Positions 6,269 through 6,443 of a stretch of DNA of 6,443 nucleotides are shown here, piece after piece (position 1 is the stretch's first letter; every line of letters begins with the position of its first letter). The translations under genes were made by a program, and so were the position numbers. The stretch spans positions 1-6,443 of IMG/VR virus record IMGVR_UViG_2531839666_000013. The stretch is one strand, 5' to 3'. The notes under the pieces are model-generated. The model was not told the origin of the DNA. It searched no databases and worked only from the letters and a program-made list of their open reading frames with translations. Source of the stretch: a virus (lineage: Duplodnaviria; Heunggongvirae; Uroviricota; Caudoviricetes).

Positions 6269-6443
6269 TCATGCCGCGGCATCCGCGTTGTTCACTTCCA
6301 CCTTCACACTGTCAATCAGCAACGTATATGTCGCCGCCTTTGATATGTCTGTCAGTTGCAGTTTGTCCGCCGCCCCTGATGCCGGAGATTTCACCAGTGT
6401 GAACGGTGTACCCCGTTCTCATCCAGTACCGGCGTCACCTGAA
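6269..6443 (-). CDS. 3' end of an unidentified upstream gene (partial), frame broken by an apparent 1-nt deletion in a G-run
   Basis: Minus frame c reads ...QVTPVLDENGVHRSHW-stop; the adjacent frame b continues as TPFTLVKSPASGAADKLQLTDISKAATYTLLIDSVKVEVNNADAAA to a stop at 6269-6271. Restoring one G in the GGGG run (plus cccc 6411..6414) joins them into one frame. Identity unknown; its position upstream of the holin would fit a late-gene regulator such as Q, but I cannot confirm that from the sequence. Confidence 0.45.

Noticed and set aside
1-6443. Checked for tRNA/rRNA genes, CRISPR repeat arrays, IS or transposase genes and integrase
   Set aside because: No regularly spaced direct repeats, no cloverleaf-like conserved tRNA motifs I could identify by eye, and no transposase- or integrase-like translations in any frame.

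Overview
This window is the late-region lysis-to-packaging junction of a lambdoid (phage 21-like) prophage, with every convincing gene on the minus strand. Reading 5' to 3' on the minus strand (high to low coordinate): the 3' end of an unidentified gene (6443..6269), a hairpin, a 59-aa membrane protein, an 81-aa acidic protein, an S21-type pinholin, a two-gene cargo (265 aa + 62 aa) with no recognisable family, a SAR endolysin, a terminator-like hairpin plus two small membrane-peptide genes, Rz with embedded Rz1, a 74-aa ORF, an AT-rich cos-like region, the terminase small subunit, and the terminase large subunit running off the window at position 1. Four genes are broken by what look like single-base deletions, three of them in G/C homopolymer runs; this fits sequencing error at least as well as pseudogene decay. 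The best candidates for something undescribed are the three small accessory modules inserted into an otherwise canonical lysis cassette, above all the 265+62 aa pair between holin and endolysin. All identifications come from reading the translations and recalling lambda and phage 21 proteins from memory; no search was run. No tRNA, rRNA, CRISPR array or transposase was seen.
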